This document shows positions 10,955 through 19,114 of a DNA stretch of 64,000 bases, piece after piece. This DNA is from Candidatus Multivorans sp. (lineage in GTDB: Bacteria; Acidobacteriota; Thermoanaerobaculia; Multivoradales; Multivoraceae): assembly GCA_965222875.1 (NCBI GenBank), contig CBDCVC010000003.1:1921788-1985787 (forward strand). Direction: 5' to 3'. The stretch's first letter is position 1. Every line of letters starts with the position of its first letter. The notes under the pieces are model-generated. The model saw only the letters and a program-made list of their open reading frames with translations, ran no database searches and was not told the origin of the DNA. The translations under genes and the position numbers were made by a program.

Positions 10955-12364
10955 CTACTCGCCGCCGCTGACCGTTCCTTCGCTTCCCTCGCTGTCCGCG
11001 TTGCGCTGCCTCTGGCGGAAACGGCGGAACAACTTGCCCTGCTCCTCCTCGCTCAGCGAGTCCCAGTCGACTCCGAACTGATCCTTGATCCGCTTCTTGA
11101 AGGTCTCGGCATTGAACCGCTGGCCGCCCAGGAACCCGGCGTTCGACGGCTTGTAGCCGGCCTCGGCGTCCGCGTAGGACACGAAGCCGAACATCATCTC
11201 GGACGTGGTCGGACCACCGTAGACGACCGTCTCGGTCGGATCGGGGTTCGCCGGGTTGTCGGCCGAGTTGTCCCAGGCCATCGTCAGTTCGATCTCGGTA
11301 CCGGCCGGAATCCGCTTGCCGCCGGCCGCGTATTTGTAGTGCGTCTGCCAGTTGAAGTCGTAGCGCGGCACGTCCAGCAGCACCTCTTCGGTGCCGTCCG
11401 GGTACTTGGCCACGTAGCGGGCCGACTTGCCGCGCAGGTGCATGTGCGGCGTGTAACCGAGCAGCAGCGCGTCGCGGTCGAACTTCGCGCTCGTCGTGGC
11501 GACGTAGTTCGAATCGCCCGGCGGAATCTGGAAGTCGAACTTGCCCATCGCGTTGTTCTGCATCACGTAGGTCGGCTCGTAGTCCGCCGGGTAGAACCGT
11601 AGCGCCACCGAGGAGCGATCCCAGGCGCCGGTGCCCTGCCCCGGCTCCTTGTGGTAGTGCATCTGCCAGCGGATGGTGGTGCCTGGCTTGACGAGCGTGC
11701 CGAAGCCGTCGTTGTGGACCGTCGGGTCGTTGCCCGGGGCGATACCGCCGAAGGGGCGCGCGATGATGTGGTGCACCACCGGGCCGCCCGGACGGAACTC
11801 GACCGCCTTGATCCAGCGCGGTTCCGGCAGCATCTCCTCCGTGATCACGGTCTCGAAGTTGATGTACTGATCCTGGACGTCATCTTCAACGAAGTAGTCC
11901 TCGCCCATGTCCATGACCAGGTCTGGCTCGCCGATCGTCCAGCCGTCGGTGGCTTCCCAGACCTTGGCCGGCGGCGCATCGGCCGCGTCGCCCATCGGCG
12001 CACCGCCCTTGGCCCAGGCGATCAGGGTGGCCTTCTGCTCCTCGGTCAGGGAGCGCTCGTTCACGAACACGCCCGCATGCTGCGGAGCCGCATGCCACGG
12101 CGGCATCAGGCCGGCTTCGACCTGGCGGGCGATCGAACGCGCCCAGGGCCGTACTTCCTGGTAGCTGGTGAAGGCCATCGGCGCCACCATGCCGCCCAGG
12201 TTCGCGCCGTTCGGGCGATGGCAGGCCTGGCACTTCTCCTCCAGCACGGTTTGCACCGCGCCGTAGTAGGTCGGCGTCGCCGTCGGAGCGTCGTTGTTGT
12301 TGTTCGCGGCCGCTAGGGGTGCGGCCAGCGCGAGGATCAGCAGCAAAACGAGCGCCTGCTTCAT
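10955..12364 (-). CDS. Secreted c-type cytochrome domain fused to copper type II ascorbate-dependent monooxygenase-like (PHM/DBH-like) domain
   Basis: Signal peptide. N-terminal CQACH heme c binding motif. Downstream HH...H and HMH...M spacing resembles the CuH/CuM sites of PHM/DBH-type monooxygenases. Confidence 0.5.
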   Translation of the reverse strand: MKQALVLLLILALAAPLAAANNNNDAPTATPTYYGAVQTVLEEKCQACHRPNGANLGGMVAPMAFTSYQEVRPWARSIARQVEAGLMPPWHAAPQHAGVFVNERSLTEEQKATLIAWAKGGAPMGDAADAPPAKVWEATDGWTIGEPDLVMDMGEDYFVEDDVQDQYINFETVITEEMLPEPRWIKAVEFRPGGPVVHHIIARPFGGIAPGNDPTVHNDGFGTLVKPGTTIRWQMHYHKEPGQGTGAWDRSSVALRFYPADYEPTYVMQNNAMGKFDFQIPPGDSNYVATTSAKFDRDALLLGYTPHMHLRGKSARYVAKYPDGTEEVLLDVPRYDFNWQTHYKYAAGGKRIPAGTEIELTMAWDNSADNPANPDPTETVVYGGPTTSEMMFGFVSYADAEAGYKPSNAGFLGGQRFNAETFKKRIKDQFGVDWDSLSEEEQGKLFRRFRQRQRNADSEGSEGTVSGGE

Positions 12365-12539
12365 GGGTCGGGTTCTCCTCGGGTTGGGTTCTGTGGAGCG
12401 CTAACTGCAACACCGTACCACAAGCGATGCCGAACCGCCGGATCAAGGCGCCCGCTTCTGCCGCCGGAAACTGGCTTCACGGTGCTCCTCGTTCACCACG
12501 GCGAGCCGCGGAACCACCTACGCCCTGCCGACTGGTAGC

Positions 12540-13454
12540 TCAGCGGCTCGAAGCACCGGCGGCGCGACGGCCCGCATCCAGATCGGCGTGCATGGCGGCG
12601 ACCAGTGCGGCCACTTCGGGCCGAGTCAGCTTCGAGCCGGGGCCCTGCTCTTCCACCCGGTCCAGCGTCGCCCAGGCGAGACGCACCGGCAAGGCGGTGA
12701 AGCCGAGATAACCGCGCGGAGCGCCGGCCCTCTGCAGGTGATCCACGTACTCCCCGGCAATCGGGAGGTCCGCGCGAGCGAGCTCGAAGGCCAGCTTCCG
12801 GTCGCGAGCGCTTGGAATGAAGGTTCTGCCCTCGGCCGCGTCGGCAGTGGAGTCCTTCAGGATGTTCACGAGTTGCAGCGCTTCGCCGAAGATCGCGGCC
12901 CGGCGCCGGAGCGCTTCCGCGACCGGCGCCAGCGGAGCGCCGAGCAAGAACAACTCGGTCAGCATCTCGCCGACAATGCCGGCGACGACGTAGCAGTAAT
13001 CGCGGAGATCGGGGATCCCGGAAAGCTGGAGTTCGCCGGCACGGTCGGCGCGATTGACGATGTGCGTCATGCCTGCACAGGTGCGGCGCACGTGACGGCC
13101 GACTACCGACCGAGCCGCCGGGTCGAGAGCTTCATAGGCCGAGAGAACGTCGCCTGTCGCCTCGAGCAGTTCCAGGTACCCCTCGTGATGCGAAGGAGGA
13201 GTGTCGAGCCAGGACTCAACCGCAGCCGCCACGCCGTCCTCCCGCTCGCCCGCGTCCGTCAGCAAGTCCGCAAAGCGGAACAAGGCCTCGACCCGTTGCT
13301 CCCGGCTCCAGACCGCCGCGTCCTCGAGCGTGTCGGCGATCCGAAGCAGCAGATAGCCCAGCGTCACCTGTTGGCGAGTGGCGCCCTCGAGTTGGGGGAT
13401 CGAAAGAGCAAATGTCCTACTCGTCTTGACGAGCAGATCTTCAAGATCAGCCAT
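12540..13454 (-). CDS. Squalene/phytoene synthase family protein (HpnC/HpnD/CrtB-like)
   Basis: 304 aa. TSRTFALSI N-terminal signature, Asp-rich DTLED motif, YCYVVAGIVGEML motif and a second Asp-rich region. Trans-isoprenyl diphosphate synthase head-to-head family. Confidence 0.8.
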   Translation of the reverse strand: MADLEDLLVKTSRTFALSIPQLEGATRQQVTLGYLLLRIADTLEDAAVWSREQRVEALFRFADLLTDAGEREDGVAAAVESWLDTPPSHHEGYLELLEATGDVLSAYEALDPAARSVVGRHVRRTCAGMTHIVNRADRAGELQLSGIPDLRDYCYVVAGIVGEMLTELFLLGAPLAPVAEALRRRAAIFGEALQLVNILKDSTADAAEGRTFIPSARDRKLAFELARADLPIAGEYVDHLQRAGAPRGYLGFTALPVRLAWATLDRVEEQGPGSKLTRPEVAALVAAMHADLDAGRRAAGASSR

Positions 13455-13731
13455 GCGGGGAACGCAAGTCTACCGGCGGGGTCGACGAGGTGTCCGCCAG
13501 GGGGGATTATAATGCAAAGTTGACAAGGCGGTAGGCGCGACCTACACTTCTCACCGTCTAGCGCGAGCACACGGCCCCTGAGTCGGGCCGCTCGCCGAAT
13601 ACAAGAGCCGGGGCAGGTGGAGATGATCTCCGCCCCTGACGGTGAATAGGCGGGAGCCTCAGCCGTGTGCAGTGCGCTAGACACGGCCCGGCACCATTCC
13701 GGGGGCCGGAGCCTCAGCGAAAGGAGAGCCC

Positions 13732-14394
13732 ATGCTCTCTCTTGGAGCGAGCGTCGTCGCACTCGCTGCGGTGACTACTTTTGGCATGCCGACCGGAGCT
13801 CAATCGGACACGGAAGACGCCTCGCACGACGACAGGGCCGGATGCGATTACAGCCAAGCGGTTGGCGAAGTCAGACACTGGCCTCGAGGATTCGATGCCG
13901 AGAGCTTCTGGGTAGGTGTGGACTTCTGGGTAGAGCCGGGAGATCCAAGGGCGAGAGCCTGTCTGCTGGATTCCTACGGAGCCCCCAACTTGGCCTGGAC
14001 CGGCCCGTCGATGGTCTTCTACTTCTTCACGCCAGACAACGTTGAGGTGATCGTCAAGGTACTCGACGGGTGCAAGATCAACGGCTTCTTCTGGGTGTAC
14101 GCCGCCGGACTCACCGATATCCCTTGGAGGTTGGATATCTTGGTGCCGAGCCGCCTAACGTCCGCTGGACAACTCAAGAAGTCCTGGTACATCGAGCCCG
14201 GAGAACCCGTGATCCCGAAGCGCCTGTATCGAGACGACAACCCGCTCAATCCGTGGTCGCCCGATCTTCTTCAGGACAGCACCGGGGCGCTCTACCACCG
14301 ACTCAGTGAACGTGAACCACCGCCACGAAACATCGGCTTCTACGCCATCCAACAGGTCGCCGACAACGAAGCGATCGCTTGTCGGTCGCGGTGA
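13732..14394 (+). CDS. Hypothetical secreted protein (passenger gene of IS1595 element), 4 Cys
   Basis: 220 aa. Strong Shine-Dalgarno (AAAGGAGAG) 6 bp upstream. N-terminal signal peptide. No recognisable domain. Identical copy at 27522-28184 (-). Confidence 0.6.
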   Translation: MLSLGASVVALAAVTTFGMPTGAQSDTEDASHDDRAGCDYSQAVGEVRHWPRGFDAESFWVGVDFWVEPGDPRARACLLDSYGAPNLAWTGPSMVFYFFTPDNVEVIVKVLDGCKINGFFWVYAAGLTDIPWRLDILVPSRLTSAGQLKKSWYIEPGEPVIPKRLYRDDNPLNPWSPDLLQDSTGALYHRLSEREPPPRNIGFYAIQQVADNEAIACRSR

Positions 14395-14644
14395 CTTACA
14401 CCGGGCGCCCCTTCGGCGCGTTCTTGGAGAGCTGTAGGATTCAAGGATCCCCGGCACGTACTGTGCGGCGGCGTGAGCTACTGGAAGCGCTTTCGCCGTA
14501 GCGTTGCTCGCGGCCATCTTGAGGGACTGGACAGGCTTCGACTTCGGGGCGCTTGCGTTCGGGGCGCTCTTGTGGCTAGAGTCTCTAGCGAGATCTCCGT
14601 TCTTCATCACGAGGTCCTTTCTCGTTGTTGGATCGAAACCCCTT

Positions 14645-14677
14645 GGCCCGCGGCCCCAAGCCGCGGGTTTTGTGGTT
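14645..14677 (+). terminator. Rho-independent terminator-like hairpin inside IS1595 cargo region
   Basis: 8-bp GC stem (CCCGCGGC/GCCGCGGG) with a 5-nt loop, followed by TTTTGTGGTT. Mirror copy at ~27238-27270 on the other strand in copy B. Confidence 0.45.
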
Positions 14678-14687
14678 CTGGGAGCCG

Positions 14688-14800
14688 AACTCTACGCCAC
14701 GAGGTCCACGTACCGCAACCGCTTGCCGGCCATGCCACGGGCGATCCAGAGCATCTGTTCGACGGTGTCGAGGTCGCGAATGTTCCGCCTGCCGAGGCTC
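14688..14800 (-). pseudogene. Remnant of a second, diverged IS1595-type transposase 3' end (last ~32 codons)
   Basis: Reverse-strand translation gives RRNIRDLDTVEQMLWIARGMAGKRLRYVDLVA*. The intact transposase ends RRNVRDLDTAEQMVEMVRGMAGKRLRYADLVA*. Match truncates at a CTAG at ~14800. Confidence 0.6.
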
Positions 14801-14864
14801 TAGCCGGCCGCGACCTTCTCCTCCCGCTCGGTCGTGACGGTGGAGTAAGCAGGGTCGACGTGCG

Positions 14865-15170
14865 CTAGTAGCGTAGGCCCATACCGTCGAGAGCCTGCTC
14901 GCAGCGCCTGACGATCTCGCGTTGCGCCGCGGCTCCCTGCACCCATTCAACCAGTTCTTCCTGGGGCGGGTATTCGATCTCGGCTACTTCCGAGACGTGA
15001 AGATCCGGCCGAGGGCTCACGGCGTTCTGTATCCGGCCTACTTCGGCAAGCCGGTAGAACAGGCTCATGGCTCGACTGATCTTGGATTCGTAACAGGCCA
15101 GGAGCCGGAGGGCATCCGAGCGCTCAAGGAACAGCCGAGAGACTTCGGCGTTCTGCTCGTCCTTGCTCAT
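14865..15170 (-). CDS. Hypothetical protein, co-oriented immediately downstream of IS1595 transposase (passenger/accessory ORF)
   Basis: 101-aa ORF starting 10 bp after the transposase stop. Conserved identically in both copies (25525-25830 in copy B). No recognisable domain. Confidence 0.5.
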   Translation of the reverse strand: MSKDEQNAEVSRLFLERSDALRLLACYESKISRAMSLFYRLAEVGRIQNAVSPRPDLHVSEVAEIEYPPQEELVEWVQGAAAQREIVRRCEQALDGMGLRY

Positions 15171-15179
15171 GCCCGAACT

Positions 15180-16154
15180 CTACGCGACCAGATCCGCGTA
15201 CCGCAACCGCTTACCGGCCATGCCGCGGACCATCTCGACCATCTGCTCGGCGGTGTCCAGGTCGCGGACGTTGCGTCGCCACACGAACTCGTCGACGTAG
15301 GCGTGCAGGTGCTTGAAGCTCATCCGGTGGTACTTGCCGACGAAGCCGCGCTTGAACATCGACCAGAGGGACTCGATCGTGTTCGTATGCACGTCCACGC
15401 TGCGGACGTACTCGCCGAGGGAGTGCTTGACGGTCCGGTGCATGTAGGTCTCCATCAGGTCGCCGTAGCCGCCGTGATCGTCGGTGTAGACGCGGGCGCC
15501 GTGCTTGACGTGGGCCTCGACGAACCGGGTGAGAGTCTTGCCGTCCGTGGAGTCGATCGGCGCGGCCACGGCCTTGCCGTCGCGCTGGATGGCGCCGACG
15601 ACGGGCTTCTTGCCGAAGAACGAGGAGCTGCCGCCTCCGTCGCCGTCCCGGTACTTGTCGGCGTCCTTCTTGTGCCGGTTCTTCTGCTTCCCGCCGACGA
15701 ACATCTCGTCCACTTCGACGATGCCTTCGAGCTTCGAGAACGAGCCGTCCTTGAACGCGGCCCGGATGCGGTGGAGCATGAACCAGGCGGCCGGCTGGCT
15801 GATGTCGAGGGCGCGGTGCAGCTCCATGCTGGAGACGCCCTTGAGGTTCGCCGCTTCGAGGTAGATCGCGTAGGCCCACTTGCGGAGCGGGAGCTTCGAT
15901 CCCTCCATGACGGTGCCGACCTTGACGGAGAAGTAGGCGCGGCAGTCGGAGCACCAGTAGGGCATGGTCTTGTGCTTGGCCTCGCGGGTGCGATCGCCGC
16001 CGCAGCGTGGGCAGTGGATCGAGCCGCCCCACAGGGCGGCCTCGAACCAGCGGCGCGCGGCGTTCTCGTTCGGGAACATCCGCTCCAGCGCGAACAGCGA
16101 GATGCCGTTCCGGTGGGCCTGTCCAGGTGCGTTGTAGGTGGTCGAGTCGTTCAT
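15180..16154 (-). CDS. IS1595 family transposase (ISXO2-like; N-terminal zinc ribbon plus DDE_Tnp_IS1595)
   Basis: 324 aa. CPRCGG...CSDCRAYFSVKVGT zinc-ribbon, then a DDE region with DxxGGYxxL and a C-terminal RNxRDLDT motif typical of IS1595/ISXO2 transposases. Confidence 0.85.
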   Translation of the reverse strand: MNDSTTYNAPGQAHRNGISLFALERMFPNENAARRWFEAALWGGSIHCPRCGGDRTREAKHKTMPYWCSDCRAYFSVKVGTVMEGSKLPLRKWAYAIYLEAANLKGVSSMELHRALDISQPAAWFMLHRIRAAFKDGSFSKLEGIVEVDEMFVGGKQKNRHKKDADKYRDGDGGGSSSFFGKKPVVGAIQRDGKAVAAPIDSTDGKTLTRFVEAHVKHGARVYTDDHGGYGDLMETYMHRTVKHSLGEYVRSVDVHTNTIESLWSMFKRGFVGKYHRMSFKHLHAYVDEFVWRRNVRDLDTAEQMVEMVRGMAGKRLRYADLVA

Positions 16155-16291
16155 CGGTTCCTCCGTTGACTGGCGTATCCAGCCTACTGAGGATCCTAGC
16201 CCTTGTCAACTTTCCCTTATAATCCCCCCGCCAGGGACCGCGTGGTATCGTCCCACCCTCTTCCTGACAGCGAAGCTACGCTCCAACGCCC

Positions 16292-17824
16292 ATGAACTCC
16301 AAGAGGATTGTCTCGCTCTCGCTGGTTGCAGGGGCGCTCCTGGTCCCTGGCTGCTCCCTGGCGCCCCCTCCGGAACTCCCCGACCCGGCGGCGCAGATGC
16401 CGGCGGACTTCGAGCAAGGCCCTTATACCGGAGCCTACGAGCCGCTCCAGTGGTGGAAGGCGTTTGCCGACCCGGTGCTTGACCGGATCGTCGACTCCGC
16501 GCTGGCGTCCAACCTGGATATGGCCGCTGCGGTCGCTCACGTCCAGCAGGCCAGGGAGAGGGCCCGGATCGCCAAGGCCGCGATCCTGCCTGTTGTTGCG
16601 GCCGGCGCCGAAATACACGATCTGACCAACCCGACGAATGCGGGCTTCGGGGCCCAGATCCAGGAACTCGGGCTGGGAGAACTCGCGCCTGGATTCACAT
16701 TGCCCGAACGCCTGGGGATCACGACGTACTCACTGGGCGCTGACTTCTCCTACGAGATGGACTTCTGGGGGCGGGCCGAAAGTTCCGCACTCGCCGCCGG
16801 CGCCGAGTACCTCGCGTCGGAATCCGACTACCAGACCGCCAGGATCGGGATCCTTGCGGAGACCATCGGAACCTACTTCGAGATCGTCGACCTTCGCCGG
16901 CAGAGCACGATCACCCGGAACATGGTCGATGTCCTCCTGGAGCGCGAGGACGTCGCCTCCACGCGCTACGACCGCGGGCTGAGCGATTCCCTGGACCTCT
17001 ACCGCATTCGCCAGGATCTGCGGAACACCCAGGCCATCCTGCCGCAGCTCGACAACGGGCTGGCGAGCGCCGAGGGGCGCCTCGCCGTCCTTCTGGGGAG
17101 CTACCTGGACGATCTGGCCGAGATCCTGCCAGACGCCCTGTCGCCCGACACTGCGGCCGATCCGGTTCCAGCCGGGATTCCGGCCGACCTCCTGATGCAG
17201 CGGCCCGACGTGCGGGCAGCAAGACACCGGCTCGAGGCGGCCCGTTTCTCAATCGAAGCCCGCCGCGCCGAACTCCTGCCCACGCTCTCGTTCTCCGGTT
17301 CCATCGGGCTCCAGAGTTCGGAGATCGACGGACTGTTCAAGGTGGACCAGTGGTTCACCAACCTTGCATCCAACCTTCTCGCACCGGTCTTCGATGGCGG
17401 ACGGCTCCGAAGCAACGTGACGCTGGCCGAAGCCCGCTTCAGCGAACTCGCGGCGACCTATGGCCGCACGGCCGTGACGGCCGTCAACGAGGTAGAGACC
17501 GCTCTGGCCGTGCATCAGAACGAGGGCCGGCGCCACGCCCTGCTCTCTTCCCGACTCGAGGAAGCGCGCGCAACGGAGGAACTCCGCTCCCAGAGGTACG
17601 AAGCGGGCATAGGAGGCTACGCCGACGTTCTCGACGCGCTTCTCACCCGCTTGAACGTAGAGTCAGCCCTGGCAGGCGCCGAGCGGAATCTAGCACTCGC
17701 CAGGCTGACCGTCCACCGCGCCCTGGGAGGGGCCTGGACGCCTCCTAAAACGATGGGCGAAAACCCTGCGGCGCAGGTCCAGGCCCAATCACAACCACAA
17801 ACGTCAACCGGAATCACGAGCTGA
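16292..17824 (+). CDS. RND efflux system outer membrane factor lipoprotein (NodT/TolC family)
   Basis: 510 aa. Lipoprotein signal with lipobox (LVPGCSLA). Two repeated TolC-like halves. First gene of the OMF-MFP-RND operon. Confidence 0.82.
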   Translation: MNSKRIVSLSLVAGALLVPGCSLAPPPELPDPAAQMPADFEQGPYTGAYEPLQWWKAFADPVLDRIVDSALASNLDMAAAVAHVQQARERARIAKAAILPVVAAGAEIHDLTNPTNAGFGAQIQELGLGELAPGFTLPERLGITTYSLGADFSYEMDFWGRAESSALAAGAEYLASESDYQTARIGILAETIGTYFEIVDLRRQSTITRNMVDVLLEREDVASTRYDRGLSDSLDLYRIRQDLRNTQAILPQLDNGLASAEGRLAVLLGSYLDDLAEILPDALSPDTAADPVPAGIPADLLMQRPDVRAARHRLEAARFSIEARRAELLPTLSFSGSIGLQSSEIDGLFKVDQWFTNLASNLLAPVFDGGRLRSNVTLAEARFSELAATYGRTAVTAVNEVETALAVHQNEGRRHALLSSRLEEARATEELRSQRYEAGIGGYADVLDALLTRLNVESALAGAERNLALARLTVHRALGGAWTPPKTMGENPAAQVQAQSQPQTSTGITS

Positions 17825-17837
17825 ACTGAACGAGCAA

Positions 17838-19067
17838 ATGAGGCGACGAACCGGCTGGCTCATTGCCGGCATCATCCTGATCGGGTCCGGAGGCCTTGCC
17901 GCATTCCTTGTTTCGCTGCGGCCTGAGCCGGAGCGCACGCCTCCCCCATCGCAGGTTCCCTTCGTGGTCACCGCCCAAGTGGAGGCCGGAGAGGGCGCCA
18001 TCCCCGTCTTCGGCGCAGGCACCGTTCGGCCCCGGGCGGAGATCGACATCGCGGCCGAGGTCAGCGGCAAGGTGGTCTGGGTCGATCCGGCGTTGCAGAG
18101 CGGCGGGCGCGTGCAACAGGGGCAGGTCCTCTTCCGCATCGACGATGTCGACTACCGGAGCGGGGTGGAGAAATCGCGAGCCAACGTCGCGCTCCAGAGG
18201 GTCGAACTCCTGAAGGTAAGGGAAGAAGCCGAGGTTGCCCGCACGCAGTACGAGCACTTCAAGAAGCGCCAGGCGGACAGCGGAACGTCTTCCGAAGCGA
18301 GCCCCCTGGCGCTCTGGCAGCCTCAACTCCAGGCCGCCGAAGCCTCGCTGGCGAGAGACAGCGCCACGCTCGCGGAAGCCGAGCTGCACCTCTCGCGAAC
18401 GGCGGTCACGGCACCCTTCGCCGGCGTCGTTCGGACCGAGTCGGTCGACCTGGGGCAATTCGTGGCGGCAGGCCAGGGGGTGGCGCGCCTCTACGCCTCC
18501 GACGCGGTCGAAGTCGTCGTGCCGCTCTCGGACGGCGATGCCGCGCTCATCCCGGGTCTCTGGGATCTGAGGGCGGGCGACGGGAACCGGCAGGTGGGGG
18601 CCCGCGTGGTGGCGGACTACGGCGACCGGCGCTACGCCTGGGACGGCTACGTGGACCGGGTCGAAGGCGCCCTGGATGAGCAGACCCGCACTCTCGACGT
18701 GATCGTTCGCGTGCCAGGGCCTTTTCGCAGCGGTACGCCGGAAGCGGACGGCCCCGAAGACGGAGACGCGGACAGCAACGACGGCGGCCCGCCGCTCCTG
18801 GTCGGCAAGTTCGTCGACGTGGAACTCGAGGGCGTCGCGCCGGACACGTACTTCAAGGTCAGGCGGCCCGCGCTTCGACCCGGAAACGAGGTGTGGGCCG
18901 TGCGCGATGAGGAAGTGACCATCGTACCCGTCACCGTCCTGCAGCGAATCGACGACGAGGTCTACGTCACCGGCGCGCTGGAACCCGGTCAGGCGGTGGT
19001 CGTCGGCGCAATCCAGGTCGCAACCGAGGGCATGGCCGTGAGGACCGAAGCCGGAGCAGGTTCCTGA
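17838..19067 (+). CDS. Efflux RND transporter periplasmic adaptor subunit (membrane fusion protein, HlyD family)
   Basis: 409 aa. N-terminal TM anchor and coiled-coil/lipoyl/beta-barrel MFP-like regions. 14-bp gap from the OMF gene. Confidence 0.82.
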   Translation: MRRRTGWLIAGIILIGSGGLAAFLVSLRPEPERTPPPSQVPFVVTAQVEAGEGAIPVFGAGTVRPRAEIDIAAEVSGKVVWVDPALQSGGRVQQGQVLFRIDDVDYRSGVEKSRANVALQRVELLKVREEAEVARTQYEHFKKRQADSGTSSEASPLALWQPQLQAAEASLARDSATLAEAELHLSRTAVTAPFAGVVRTESVDLGQFVAAGQGVARLYASDAVEVVVPLSDGDAALIPGLWDLRAGDGNRQVGARVVADYGDRRYAWDGYVDRVEGALDEQTRTLDVIVRVPGPFRSGTPEADGPEDGDADSNDGGPPLLVGKFVDVELEGVAPDTYFKVRRPALRPGNEVWAVRDEEVTIVPVTVLQRIDDEVYVTGALEPGQAVVVGAIQVATEGMAVRTEAGAGS

Positions 19068-19114
19068 GTACGGACAGCGCGTCGGAGCTCGAACTGGGCG
19101 GACCGATCGCCTAC

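Larger units (their letters stand above)
13502..16227 (-). mobile_element. IS1595-family insertion sequence with passenger genes (2,726 bp), copy A
   Basis: 27-bp imperfect terminal inverted repeats: GGGGATTATAATGCAAAGTTGACAAGG at 13502 and GGGGATTATAAGGGAAAGTTGACAAGG on the reverse complement at 16227. Perfect 8-bp direct repeat CCGCCAGG at 13494-13501 and 16228-16235. Contains an IS1595/ISXO2-like transposase plus cargo ORFs. Sequence is identical to 24468-28414 apart from a nested IS630 there. Confidence 0.8.

Noticed and set aside
10935-10955. Palindrome GCCGGCGCCGGTCGACCGGCGC between convergent recD and the cytochrome/monooxygenase gene as a bidirectional terminator
   Set aside because: There is a GC-rich hairpin but no flanking U-tract on either strand. 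Too weak to call as a feature.
14155-14610. 151-aa ORF (and 27306-27761) inside the IS1595 cargo segment
   Set aside because: It largely overlaps the better-supported 220-aa secreted-protein gene on the opposite strand. No SD or domain.
14922-16169. 415-aa ORF (and identical 24526-25773) overlapping the IS1595 transposase
   Set aside because: It is antisense to a well-supported transposase gene. The product is low-complexity and Arg/Ala/Gly-rich, typical of spurious ORFs in high-GC DNA. It is duplicated only because the IS is duplicated.
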